32,000 nt of DNA from Zestosphaera tikiterensis (GCA_003056265.1 NBVN01000001.1:150001-182000); one strand, 5' to 3'. Shown: positions 8,326 through 16,868, counted from the first letter of the stretch. Numbers and translations: made by a program. The notes: generated by a model not told the origin, from the letters alone.

Positions 8326-9409
8326 TGCGATCACCAAAGAGTTTACGCATGACTTCAATGAAGCGGTCGTTGTCGTGTTTACTTCTGATAGCAACCCTAA
8401 AGAAGTATTTTGTTAAAGGAGTGTAAGATGAAGCATCTCTAACGTAAATATTATATTTCATTAACATGTTGTTCATCTCCTCAGCTATAAACTTGTGACT
8501 TCGCACTAAGAGATATGGAGCGTAGGATCTATATACGACGAATCTCATATACTTTAAATGCGACGTAACCCTACTCCTTTCAAGGACTATATACCTCCTG
8601 GAAGTTTCCAGAAACTCCTTCATATCGTCTCTAAACCTACTAAGCAATTCTATAAACACGTGGTTAGCTATCGAGTTCACATTCCATGGTTGCCTATATA
8701 GGTCTAAAATCCTTGAAAGCTTACCACATACATGCATAAAGCCCATTCTAAGACCTGGTACGGAAAAAGACTTCGTTAAGCTCCTCACAACAACTATGTT
8801 ATCGTATTCTTCAACGAGGTGTAAGGCATTTTCTCGGAATTTTTCAGAGAGGTCCATAAAAGCTTCGTCAACAAATATGAGGCTTTCTCTAAATGATTCA
8901 GCTATTTCCCTTACATACTTAACTTCAATAAAACTTCCTGTTGGATTATTCGGATTCGATAGAAGTATTACTGACTTCCTAGCTATGTTGCTCGATATTG
9001 AGAGTAGCGGTTCTAACGGGAATATGAAGGCATCCATATTCTCGATATAATGAATAGAAGTCAACCGCACCCCTAACGCATAAGACGCCTCTCTATAATC
9101 ACCGAATGTAGGCTCAACCACTATGAGGTTTCTTGGTCTATATACGGCTAATACTATGTATAAAGCCTCGGCAGCACCGTTTAATGGAATTACGCACTGC
9201 TCTTTTATGTTGTAGAATTCTGCTAAAGCTTTCTTAAGATCGCTGTATTCATAGTCTGGGTACTTAATGATAGTATCTACGTTATCCTTAATTACCCTCT
9301 TAAGAATGTCAATTAAATGTTTCGGTGGTCCAAGAGGGTTTACAGGAACGGAGAAATCTAAAACGTTTTCAGCTACCCTACCGCCGTGGTATCTATTCAA
9401 AGGCATCAC
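8318..9409 (-). CDS. cobD: L-threonine-O-3-phosphate decarboxylase CobD (PLP-dependent, class I/II aminotransferase fold)
   Basis: YHGGR...LDFSVPVNPLGPP, YPDYEY, LSNPNNPTG, the PLP-lysine block RSLTKSFSVPGLRMGF and the C-terminal FFRVAIRSKHDNDRF all parallel Salmonella CobD (HGGN..LDFSANINPLG, SLTK, YYRVAIRS..N.RL). The operon context fits. Confidence 0.85.
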   Translation of the reverse strand: MMPLNRYHGGRVAENVLDFSVPVNPLGPPKHLIDILKRVIKDNVDTIIKYPDYEYSDLKKALAEFYNIKEQCVIPLNGAAEALYIVLAVYRPRNLIVVEPTFGDYREASYALGVRLTSIHYIENMDAFIFPLEPLLSISSNIARKSVILLSNPNNPTGSFIEVKYVREIAESFRESLIFVDEAFMDLSEKFRENALHLVEEYDNIVVVRSLTKSFSVPGLRMGFMHVCGKLSRILDLYRQPWNVNSIANHVFIELLSRFRDDMKEFLETSRRYIVLERSRVTSHLKYMRFVVYRSYAPYLLVRSHKFIAEEMNNMLMKYNIYVRDASSYTPLTKYFFRVAIRSKHDNDRFIEVMRKLFGDRNE

Positions 9410-9410
9410 C

Positions 9411-9962
9411 TTAGGCGGTTAACATGCCTTGTCTGCATAAACGTTCAACTATCTCCAAGTCACTCGGGGTATCTACATCTATGGCTTTACTGGAATCGTA
9501 AGCAATATTCGACCATGACCCACCACATCCCTTAAATAGCGAGATCCCTATAAGTTCTTCTACACCATTCTTAAGTATCGTCATAGTTACGACGTCGCCG
9601 TCTGTTTTCAAGGCCTTCACCGTAAAATCCTCTATCACAGACGTATACGTGAATACATCTCCAGACACGACAAGAGTTGGTTTTGGTAGCGAATATATTA
9701 AAAGCGATAGATCTTCAACGTAATCCTCACCTAAAGTCTCTACGCATTCAACATACAACCTACTACATAACTTAGTAATTACAGCAAAGCCAGACGTATG
9801 TTTCGATATAGCTATAACAACACATCCACACAAGGGTTTTACGACATCAATGACGTGCTCTATTAACGGCTTTCCACATACGTTAACTACTACCTTACTT
9901 GGAGAACCGTATCTAGAACCCCTACCTCCAGCCATAATAAGACATACTGGTATTTTAAACAT
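9411..9962 (-). CDS. cobY: Adenosylcobinamide-phosphate guanylyltransferase CobY (archaeal NTP-transferase type)
   Basis: N-terminal nucleotidyltransferase loop IMAGGRGSRYG. Size is about 183 aa. Its position between cbiZ and cobD fits. I prefer ATG 9962 (MFKIPV..), which forms an ATGTTTAA overlap with the upstream stop. Confidence 0.7.
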   Translation of the reverse strand: MFKIPVCLIMAGGRGSRYGSPSKVVVNVCGKPLIEHVIDVVKPLCGCVVIAISKHTSGFAVITKLCSRLYVECVETLGEDYVEDLSLLIYSLPKPTLVVSGDVFTYTSVIEDFTVKALKTDGDVVTMTILKNGVEELIGISLFKGCGGSWSNIAYDSSKAIDVDTPSDLEIVERLCRQGMLTA

Positions 9963-11046
9963 CTTCAGAACTACCTCGGACGTAGTCATATAATAGAGTA
10001 TATAAAGATCCTAGGAGAGCTGATATGATATCATCTTCAAAAGTGCCGAAGATTCCATGCTTAAGAATCTTACTTTCTTTTAATCGCTCCACCCAGTACA
10101 TAGAGAATAAACCCTTTAGTCCGGCTACATATGTGGCGAGAGCCATGCCAATGATTTCATCAGCCACTACCTTAGGTGAGTCCCTGGCGAATTCCTCCTC
10201 ACTAACGTTTGGTATTGTCCCCACAATTCCGTGGAGTTCGAGCTCTCTCGCTGCTATGATGAAGCTCCATGTGTTTGGATCGCCTAGAATCTTACGTAAT
10301 ATAATCCTCGCAATCTCTACAGCTTTTTCCTCAGACACATTAGGTATAGGCATATACCTGTAAAGATCTCTAAACATATTTAAAAACTCGTCCTTGCCTA
10401 GCCCGGTTAAGTAGTTAAACATCTTGTCTTCGTCACGTAGTGCTTTAGATACGATCATCTTATGAACAGTTTTAGCTATAGCGTTCCCAATAGTTGTCGC
10501 CATACCAGCGAACAAAATCTCTTCATTCATGTTCAACGGCTTTAAAACAGCTATGGCATCGGTGACGGTTCCTGAGGATCTAGTTCTACATCTAAGCATG
10601 ATATCATTGGAAGCTAAGCATTTAGCTTCGGCAACGGTTCTCAATAGATCTACCATAGCATTATTCGTTAACGGTTGCCGCACCGCCACAGCAATGTTTA
10701 TTGTTGATATTGTCATAGGTGTAAACACGTTTGTTTCTAAGCATACAGGCGGTTCTAAACCTACGGATATAAACACATCAGCACTTAAGTCATCTATCCT
10801 AATATGGTTGAAGTTATCTATTGACGTAGCCGTTATAAACACTACGGCGTTTTCAACACCTACTTCTTTAACTACGGATCTGTAATAATCAGCTAAGTTC
10901 TTAACATTGAAGTCCTTAGGGATAAATTTAAAAATTATATTCTCTACATAACCGTTATTAGACACTACAGGCACCGTCGACACGACCTTCATAGGGTTCG
11001 AAAACTCTACTATGACAGTATCATTATCAATCTTACTTACTCTCAT
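9955..11046 (-). CDS. cbiZ: Fusion protein: adenosylcobinamide amidohydrolase CbiZ (N-terminal) plus PgpA-like alpha-ribazole-5'-phosphate phosphatase CobZ (C-terminal)
   Basis: The N-terminal ~200 aa (..TINIAVAVRQPLTNNAMVDLLRTVAEAKCLA...SSGTVTDAIAV) matches the CbiZ pattern. The C-terminal ~150 aa carries DEIIGMALATYVAG and GIFGTFEDDIISALLGSLYTLL. These resemble the PgpA blocks DEFIGMWITL and GGMGIMIDDIVAGVISAGILY. I prefer ATG 11046 (MRVSKID) because it leaves 71 bp for the divergent promoters. The ORF-track start is 11088. Confidence 0.7.
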   Translation of the reverse strand: MRVSKIDNDTVIVEFSNPMKVVSTVPVVSNNGYVENIIFKFIPKDFNVKNLADYYRSVVKEVGVENAVVFITATSIDNFNHIRIDDLSADVFISVGLEPPVCLETNVFTPMTISTINIAVAVRQPLTNNAMVDLLRTVAEAKCLASNDIMLRCRTRSSGTVTDAIAVLKPLNMNEEILFAGMATTIGNAIAKTVHKMIVSKALRDEDKMFNYLTGLGKDEFLNMFRDLYRYMPIPNVSEEKAVEIARIILRKILGDPNTWSFIIAARELELHGIVGTIPNVSEEEFARDSPKVVADEIIGMALATYVAGLKGLFSMYWVERLKESKILKHGIFGTFEDDIISALLGSLYTLLYDYVRGSSEDV

Positions 11047-11117
11047 GCTAATCTGCCAAGATATTAGTAAACACAGACTTTTAACCATATGCTTAACTAG
11101 ATAGGCTGGGGGTCCTC

Positions 11118-12218
11118 ATGCGTGACATAGGGGTTGTAGATCTGTATGGATGCGCTGATAACCTTATCAATGAAATCCCGAATAGATTTCCGCAAGCTAT
11201 ATATTTCATAGCAAATACTAAAGTATCTACGATATCGGGAATAAGCATAGCTGGTGAAAACCCCGAGGCAACACTCTATACCCCAGCACTAGATGTTGAA
11301 TACTTAGTCTATGGAGAACCTAGAAGCGGCCCGTTACCCGTTACTCCAGAAGGCATTCCAACACCGGCTATAATCACTAGAGTGGCGTTAAACCTTCTTG
11401 CCATACCATTCATAATCGTTGATGTCGGTAGTTATATAGATCCAAGAATTCCACATATAGACATACCTGGAAAGATCATCGGCGGGAGAATAGATGTTGA
11501 AGATGCCCTACCAATAGAAAACGCTCGCTTACTGTTCAATTATTCAAAAACGTTGGGGATGATGTTAGGATCTAGCAAAACCACTATAGTCGTTGGTGAA
11601 TCAATGCCCGGCGGAACCACAACTGCTATGGCTATAATGGAATCACTAGGTTATAAAGCTATCGGGAAGGTCAGTAGTGCGTCTCCATCAAACCCACACG
11701 AGATTAAAAAGAAGGTATTCGCGGATGCTGTTAAAAGATCTGCTGTTGATATACCCATAGATGATGTTTATAAAGCTGTAGCGTTGTTCGGTGATCCTCT
11801 ACACATATCTATAGCAGGTTTCGTTAGTGGAGCTATTGAGAAGGGCTCTGTGGTTTTATTAGCTGGAGGTACACAGATGTGTTCAGTTGCAGCTATCCTT
11901 AAAAGACTTGGATTAACCGCAAGAGGTAAGATCGCTATAGCCACAACTAAGTGGATTGTTGAGGATTTCTCATCCGATATAAGAGGGCTTGTGAAAGATA
12001 TAGCGCCGGAAATACCCATAATATATACAAAACTAAGCTTCTCTAATTCTCGCTTCAATGGCCTTAAAGCATACGAAAACGGATACGTAAAAGAAGGCGT
12101 AGGTGCTGGAGGTACCGCAGTGCTATCCCATCTATATGGGCATGTCAATATAGACGTTCTATCATCTGAAGTTGAGAAGGAGTATAGTAGGATTGTGGAC
12201 GTAGCTAAAGGTAGGTGA
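11118..12218 (+). CDS. cobT: Archaeal-type nicotinate-nucleotide--dimethylbenzimidazole phosphoribosyltransferase CobT (UPF0284 family)
   Basis: SGISIAGENPEATLYTPALDVEYL, PEGIPTPAIITR, GESMPGGTTTAMA, LAGGTQM and VKEGVGAGG match the conserved blocks of MJ1598-type archaeal CobT. It is divergent from the cbiZ operon. Confidence 0.85.
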   Translation: MRDIGVVDLYGCADNLINEIPNRFPQAIYFIANTKVSTISGISIAGENPEATLYTPALDVEYLVYGEPRSGPLPVTPEGIPTPAIITRVALNLLAIPFIIVDVGSYIDPRIPHIDIPGKIIGGRIDVEDALPIENARLLFNYSKTLGMMLGSSKTTIVVGESMPGGTTTAMAIMESLGYKAIGKVSSASPSNPHEIKKKVFADAVKRSAVDIPIDDVYKAVALFGDPLHISIAGFVSGAIEKGSVVLLAGGTQMCSVAAILKRLGLTARGKIAIATTKWIVEDFSSDIRGLVKDIAPEIPIIYTKLSFSNSRFNGLKAYENGYVKEGVGAGGTAVLSHLYGHVNIDVLSSEVEKEYSRIVDVAKGR

Positions 12219-12221
12219 CGT

Positions 12222-12842
12222 ATGAAGGTAGCTATGGTGTCAGGCGGGAAGGACTCCATATATGCGCTTCTGCTTTATGGTGCTGTAGATTTAGGCGTTA
12301 TGCTCGTATACGAATTCCCTAGGCCGAGTCCACACCTCTTGAATATTGGTAAGAGTGTTGAGACGTTCTTATTGATGAACATACCGCTCATCGTCGTTAA
12401 GCTTAATAAAGGGAGGGAGAAGGTTGAAACAATAGAGGCTCTGAGGAAGTTAGGAGTTGATGTTATAGTAGCTGGGGATGTTTACATAAGCGATCACCTA
12501 ACGTATATGCAGTCCATCGCAGATGAAGTAGGTGCGAAGCTTGTAGAGCCTTTATGGAGTTTGGATCCCATCGAAATACTTTATAAGGAGATGGAGTACG
12601 GTATTAACGCATTATTCATAGGTGGTGTGAGCACGTTATTTAACTGGATTGGGAAGGAACTCAACGCTGGTAATGTAGGCGAGTTTATAGAGTACGCTAA
12701 GAAGATCGGTATAGACCCTCTAGGTGAAAAAGGTGAGTATCATACACTCGTTACATATACGCCGAGACATAAGCAAAGGGTTCAATATGAGATTGTGAGG
12801 ATTGATGAGTTTAACGGTTACTTCATTGCTAGGGTGATATGA
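12222..12842 (+). CDS. DUF71/COG2102 PP-loop ATP pyrophosphatase (MJ0570/Dph6-like; possibly the B12-salvage-associated subfamily)
   Basis: N-terminal PP-loop VSGGKDS and C-terminal GEKGEYHTLV (GE.GE.HT). ATG lies 3 nt after the cobT stop, with AGGTGA as SD overlapping that stop. Confidence 0.75.
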   Translation: MKVAMVSGGKDSIYALLLYGAVDLGVMLVYEFPRPSPHLLNIGKSVETFLLMNIPLIVVKLNKGREKVETIEALRKLGVDVIVAGDVYISDHLTYMQSIADEVGAKLVEPLWSLDPIEILYKEMEYGINALFIGGVSTLFNWIGKELNAGNVGEFIEYAKKIGIDPLGEKGEYHTLVTYTPRHKQRVQYEIVRIDEFNGYFIARVI

Positions 12843-13648
12843 TGGAAGTAGCGAACATGCCATGCCATATCTACGAGAAGCTTCTTATAGATAGAATAGC
12901 TGACGTTATAAGAAACACTGAGTGCGATTGCATAGCTTTAAGCGGGGGTATAGACACCTCACTTATAGCTGCTATATCTGTTAAAGTAGTTAATCATATA
13001 CCTAAAGCCTTAGTCGCATACTATAAGAACGGCATTCCAAGAGACCTTACGTACGCTTTACACGTAGCTAAAGTACTCAGTCTTGACATAGATTTTATAG
13101 AAATAGACGATAAGTACATCACTGAAATACTACCTGTAATATCGGAGATTGCTAAAAAAGGAGGGCATGAAGACTATATAGAGATTAGAAACGACATCGT
13201 ATTCTATGCAATCCTAGAGAAGGCTAGAAATAACTGTAAATGTATATACACAGGCTCTGGAGGTGATGAAGTGTTTTCAGGCTATTCATTTATGCACGCA
13301 CAATTGCTAGAAAACGAGATTGACGAGAAAAGGAGGGCATGGGCCTACGGCAGATATCCTGAAAAGGAGATATCAAAGTTAATAAACGTTAATATAGTAA
13401 CGCCGTATTTAGATCGAAAGGTATTAGAATTAGCGTTATCTATACCCGTAAGATGTCTACGAACAACTGTTCTCAGAGGAAAGGAAATCTTAAGAAACGC
13501 GTTAGAGGACATGAATTTAAGCGTGATAGCCGATAGAGCTAAAACACCAGCAGAAGCTGGAGCGGGAACAGATATCATAGACAACAATTACCTCATTAGG
13601 ATTAACTCGCAAATCACTCACTCGGGGGTTGTGGATGGATGTTATTAA
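12839..13648 (+). CDS. Asparagine-synthetase-like PP-loop amidoligase, synthetase domain only (no Ntn glutaminase domain)
   Basis: ALSGGIDTSLIA (SGG.D.S PP-loop), YTGSGGDEVFSGY (compare AsnB GEGADELFGGY), PYLDRKVLELALSIP and GKEILRNAL. At 269 aa it lacks the N-terminal glutamine amidotransferase domain. ATGA start/stop overlap with the DUF71 gene. Confidence 0.7.
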   Translation: MMEVANMPCHIYEKLLIDRIADVIRNTECDCIALSGGIDTSLIAAISVKVVNHIPKALVAYYKNGIPRDLTYALHVAKVLSLDIDFIEIDDKYITEILPVISEIAKKGGHEDYIEIRNDIVFYAILEKARNNCKCIYTGSGGDEVFSGYSFMHAQLLENEIDEKRRAWAYGRYPEKEISKLINVNIVTPYLDRKVLELALSIPVRCLRTTVLRGKEILRNALEDMNLSVIADRAKTPAEAGAGTDIIDNNYLIRINSQITHSGVVDGCY

Positions 13649-13708
13649 TAAAGTTGAACGTTTAAAACGAGTTTTAAACCCTCGCGTTTTCGAAGCCTTA
13701 AAAATGTT

Positions 13709-13725
13709 CTCGTTTTCGAGTTTTT
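13709..13725. terminator. Mini-hairpin CTCG-TTTT-CGAG followed by a T5 run, in the convergent gap between the AsnB-like gene and pyrE
   Basis: Seen directly: CTCGTTTTCGAG (13709-13720) then TTTTT. Related copies are AAAACGAG at 13664-13671 and CTCGCGTTTTCGAAG at 13681-13695. Oligo-T tracts are the usual archaeal termination signal. Confidence 0.3.
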
Positions 13726-14317
13726 AAACTTGCTGGTATTTTCTAATGTATTGTGTTAATTCTCTATACGTTGTTGCATCTATATATCCTTCGTTAACTA
13801 ATGTTTCGAATATTTCCTCAGCTGTTGTGAGGTAATGGTATTTAAGTCCTAAACCATCCACTCTTTTCTGAGCTCCTTGACATCGATCAACCACTACTAA
13901 AACCCCCTTAGGTCTAGCGCCAACCTCAACTAAAGCTTTGAAAGCTCTTTCTAAAGATTCACCCGTCGTTGCTACGTCATCAACTATTAACGCTTTACGT
14001 CCGGTTACATCGCCTTCAACGAAGCTTCGAGTTCCGTGGTCTTTCCTCTCCACTCGTACGTAAGCCATGGGCTTGCTCATATGTGAAGCTATATAAGCAG
14101 CTAGAGCTATACCGGAGGTTGCGACGCCAACTAAGGTCTCATAGTCTTCAGACTTTACTTTGTCGACGGCTTCCTTAACGATTAACTTCATTAGGTCTGG
14201 ATGGCTGTACATAACCCTTAAGTCTATGTAGAACGGGCTTTCAATACCTGAACTAAGTATGAACCTACCCAACTTCACTATGCCTCTCTTGTAGAACTCA
14301 ATCGCTAACTCACGCAT
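13724..14317 (-). CDS. pyrE: Orotate phosphoribosyltransferase
   Basis: PRPP-binding motif ALIVDDVATTGESL, FILSSGIESPFYIDLR at the N-terminus, and a typical size of 197 aa. It overlaps the pyrF 3' end by 13 nt. Confidence 0.9.
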   Translation of the reverse strand: MRELAIEFYKRGIVKLGRFILSSGIESPFYIDLRVMYSHPDLMKLIVKEAVDKVKSEDYETLVGVATSGIALAAYIASHMSKPMAYVRVERKDHGTRSFVEGDVTGRKALIVDDVATTGESLERAFKALVEVGARPKGVLVVVDRCQGAQKRVDGLGLKYHYLTTAEEIFETLVNEGYIDATTYRELTQYIRKYQQV

Positions 14318-14985
14318 TCCTTAATCGCCTCCTCCTGCTTAAGGACTATGTCATGGAAGGCTTTAATCGGGTCTGCTGCAGAGGTAATCGCCCTACCGAC
14401 TATCTCGTAGTCCGCTCCAGCACATATGCCTACTCCAGGCGGAGCTCCTTGAAAACCTACCCCAGGCGTTAAAATCTTAAGCTTATCGCCTGCTAAAGCC
14501 CTCACACGCTTAACGACGTCAGGTCTTGTAGCTGGAGCTACAACACCCCACACACCAGCTTTAATAGAGAGCTCAACCAACTCGTTTAAGTGCTTATCCA
14601 TAAACTCTAGAGAGCCTTTATGACTCATTGAAACCACGGTAATCAACTTTATGCCTAACTCCTTAGACTTAAGCGCTAATTTACCTACGCCGTCTTCATA
14701 ACCTACGAAAGCGTGGGCTATTACCCCATTGACTTTAGTTTTACTTAAACCTTCAAGAACGTTAACCATGATATCCCCTATGTCGGCAAGCTTTAAATCG
14801 GCTATAAGTAAGCCGTCGTAATCTCTAAACACTTCGTTTAACTTCCCTAAACCAACACGTAAGGTTAGAGGAAGCCCGACTTTAAAACCTTCCGCTAAGT
14901 CTTTTAAAGACGTATATCTCTGTTTCACCCAATCTAACGGGTTCACACCTTCAGGTGGGTCTAAAGCTACGATTACTTTACCCAA
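14305..14985 (-). CDS. pyrF: Orotidine-5'-phosphate decarboxylase
   Basis: KVIVALD, the catalytic ADLKLADIG block and GADYEIVGRAI. I prefer TTG 14985 (M-GKVIVALD, 226 aa), which has a TATA-like AAATTTTATAAG at 15013-15024. The ORF-track start ATG 15045 adds an odd W-rich 20-aa extension but cannot be excluded. Confidence 0.85.
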   Translation of the reverse strand: MGKVIVALDPPEGVNPLDWVKQRYTSLKDLAEGFKVGLPLTLRVGLGKLNEVFRDYDGLLIADLKLADIGDIMVNVLEGLSKTKVNGVIAHAFVGYEDGVGKLALKSKELGIKLITVVSMSHKGSLEFMDKHLNELVELSIKAGVWGVVAPATRPDVVKRVRALAGDKLKILTPGVGFQGAPPGVGICAGADYEIVGRAITSAADPIKAFHDIVLKQEEAIKECVS

Positions 14986-15051
14986 ATGCCCACTAAATAA
15001 ATGTAAGATAAGCTTATAAAATTTACTCCGTAACCACCACAGCATCTGGTT

Positions 15052-15831
15052 TTAATATATAACCTCAATAGGTAACACGACTTTCCTATTATTCACGTCA
15101 ACTATCCTTACCTTAACTTTATACACAGACTCTATTAAGTCCTCTCTGAAGACATCCTCGGGTTTTCCAGCCGCGATTATTTCGCCATTCGACATAAGTA
15201 TTGCTTTATCGGCGTATGTTGACGCTAGGTATAGATCGTGGATAGCTATTAATGAAGCTAAACCGCGGGTCTTAACCACTTTGTTGACGTAGGAGAGTAC
15301 TTCAAGCCTGTACCTTATGTCTAGGAAGGCGGACGGCTCGTCAAGCAGTAGAACCTTCGGTTGCTGTATTAAAGCTCTAGCTATGATTACCCTCTGCAAC
15401 TCACCACTACTTAACTGACTTAACTTCTTACTCATTAAATGCTCTATATTTAACTCCTTAACCACGCCCTCAATGAACTTCAGGTCTTCATAACTTTCGA
15501 ATATCTGAAGAGGTTTTTGATGAGGGTATCTCCCAGTAGCTAAGAACTCAGCCACGGTAGTTGGTAGGGTGTCGTTAACTCGAGCGTTAGCGTATGCGAA
15601 AACCTTAGCTAACTCCCTAGCGTCGTAATTTCTAGAGTCCCTACCATCTATGTAAACCGCCCCACTCTTAGGTTTAAGCATGGAAGCCACAACCTTAAGT
15701 AATGTTGTCTTACCGGCGCCGTTAGGCCCTACTACGTAAACAACCTCACCCTCGCTTACTTCAAAACTAACGTTCTTAAGAGTGGGGATTGAGTTGTAAG
15801 CGAAGGAAACATTCAAAACCTTAATCTTCAC
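15052..15831 (-). CDS. ABC transporter ATP-binding protein, FepC/BtuD (iron-siderophore/cobalamin) type
   Basis: Walker A GPNGAGKTT, signature LSSGELQR, Walker B LLLDEPSAFLD and H-loop AIHDL. 4-nt overlap with the upstream permease gene. Confidence 0.9.
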   Translation of the reverse strand: MKIKVLNVSFAYNSIPTLKNVSFEVSEGEVVYVVGPNGAGKTTLLKVVASMLKPKSGAVYIDGRDSRNYDARELAKVFAYANARVNDTLPTTVAEFLATGRYPHQKPLQIFESYEDLKFIEGVVKELNIEHLMSKKLSQLSSGELQRVIIARALIQQPKVLLLDEPSAFLDIRYRLEVLSYVNKVVKTRGLASLIAIHDLYLASTYADKAILMSNGEIIAAGKPEDVFREDLIESVYKVKVRIVDVNNRKVVLPIEVIY

Positions 15832-16868
15832 CTACTACCACCTCTTAAAATTAGGTAGGCTAGGAAAGGCGCCCCCATAACGCTCGTAACTATACCTACA
15901 GGCAACTCACTCAACCCTAGAGGCGTTAACGAAATAAGCCTAACGCATACGTCAGCTAAAGTCAGTAGCAAACCCCCAACCACAAAAGCTGTAGGTACTA
16001 CATACCTATGGTCCGAACCGACTAAGGCTCTAGTTATGTGTGGTACGGCGAGGCCTAGGAAGCCTATAATGCCTAAGACCGCGACCACAGACGCCGTTAG
16101 TAAGCTGGATATAAACGCGGAAAGTGTGGAGACGTACTTCGGGTTGAAGCCTAACTGCTTAGCGTGTTCGTCGCCGTAAATGTACGCGTTAAGCATTTTA
16201 GGAAGGCCTAAAAACAACACAGCAGCTGTAGCCAACACCGTCGGTATTGCTATGTAGTTTATTTCCTCAAGCAGCACATACGACGTCGAACCCATGAGTA
16301 GGAAGACGTAGGGCGTGCGTAAAACACCCTGCACTAAGTAAAGAAGTATATGTGAAATACCTGAGAAAAACGACGTTACAGCTATACCAGCTAAGATTAG
16401 TGAATGGCTTGAATTACCGGCAAGCCTGCTAAGCGTTAAGGTTAGGAAATACCCGATTAAAGCGCCTGCGAAAGCTATTAATATCATAACCCCTCTGTAA
16501 ACAACTAACGAGGAACTAACGAGGAACGTAAGTGCTACGGCGGTTAAAGCTGTTGACGATAGACCTAATATGTAAGGTTCAGCTAGAGGATTTCTAGTTA
16601 TTGCCTGCGTTAAAACACCCGCAACACCTAACGCTGAACCACCGAAAAATGAAGCTAGGGTTCTAGCCACCCTTATCTTAGCTATTGATAAAGTGCCTTC
16701 ATCACATCCTCTTAAGAAGCTTAAAACGCAGGGAAGAACATCCCATGAAAACGTTTTAGAAGTGCCTAACGAGAGGGAGGTAGATAGGGTTAAGATAGCT
16801 AGTATAGATAGTGTTAAAACAGCGGTTAAAAAACGCTTAACTGATTTTCTATAGATCTCCAAACTCAT
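15828..16868 (-). CDS. FecCD/BtuC-family ABC transporter permease
   Basis: 346-aa polytopic protein with FecCD-type blocks (NPLAEPYILGLSS, GIIGFLGLAVPHITRALVGSDHR, PVGIVTSVMGAPFLAYLI). Confidence 0.9.
   Translation of the reverse strand: MSLEIYRKSVKRFLTAVLTLSILAILTLSTSLSLGTSKTFSWDVLPCVLSFLRGCDEGTLSIAKIRVARTLASFFGGSALGVAGVLTQAITRNPLAEPYILGLSSTALTAVALTFLVSSSLVVYRGVMILIAFAGALIGYFLTLTLSRLAGNSSHSLILAGIAVTSFFSGISHILLYLVQGVLRTPYVFLLMGSTSYVLLEEINYIAIPTVLATAAVLFLGLPKMLNAYIYGDEHAKQLGFNPKYVSTLSAFISSLLTASVVAVLGIIGFLGLAVPHITRALVGSDHRYVVPTAFVVGGLLLTLADVCVRLISLTPLGLSELPVGIVTSVMGAPFLAYLILRGGSR

Noticed and set aside
11768-12259. 163-aa minus-strand ORF spanning the cobT 3' end. Other large shadows lie at 22982-23611 (209 aa), 30217-30696 (159 aa), 27314-27628, 27998-28228, 25104-25325, 25464-25658, 16956-17198, 17487-17945 and 20474-20758.
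   Set aside because: They are antisense to well-supported genes (CobT, DUF917, ABC ATPase, M20, OPT, binder). Their sequences are Ser/Pro/Thr/Leu-rich without motifs. The 20474-20758 ORF competes with the 97-aa minus ORF. It is poorer in composition and lacks operon logic, although that locus remains the least certain CDS call.
13664-13725. Three related CGTTTTCGAG / AAAACGAG elements between the AsnB-like gene and pyrE, considered as a small structured RNA or repeat element
   Set aside because: The region is short (about 60 nt) and T-rich on both strands. It sits exactly between two convergent stops. It is most simply a bidirectional termination region. I list only the terminal mini-hairpin plus T5 as a low-confidence terminator.
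16503-16524. Perfect tandem duplication of the 11-mer AACTAACGAGG inside the FecCD permease gene
   Set aside because: There are only two copies, and 11 nt is not a multiple of 3. It simply encodes ..LVSSSLVV.. in a TM segment. There is no sign of slippage-generated frameshift or an array.
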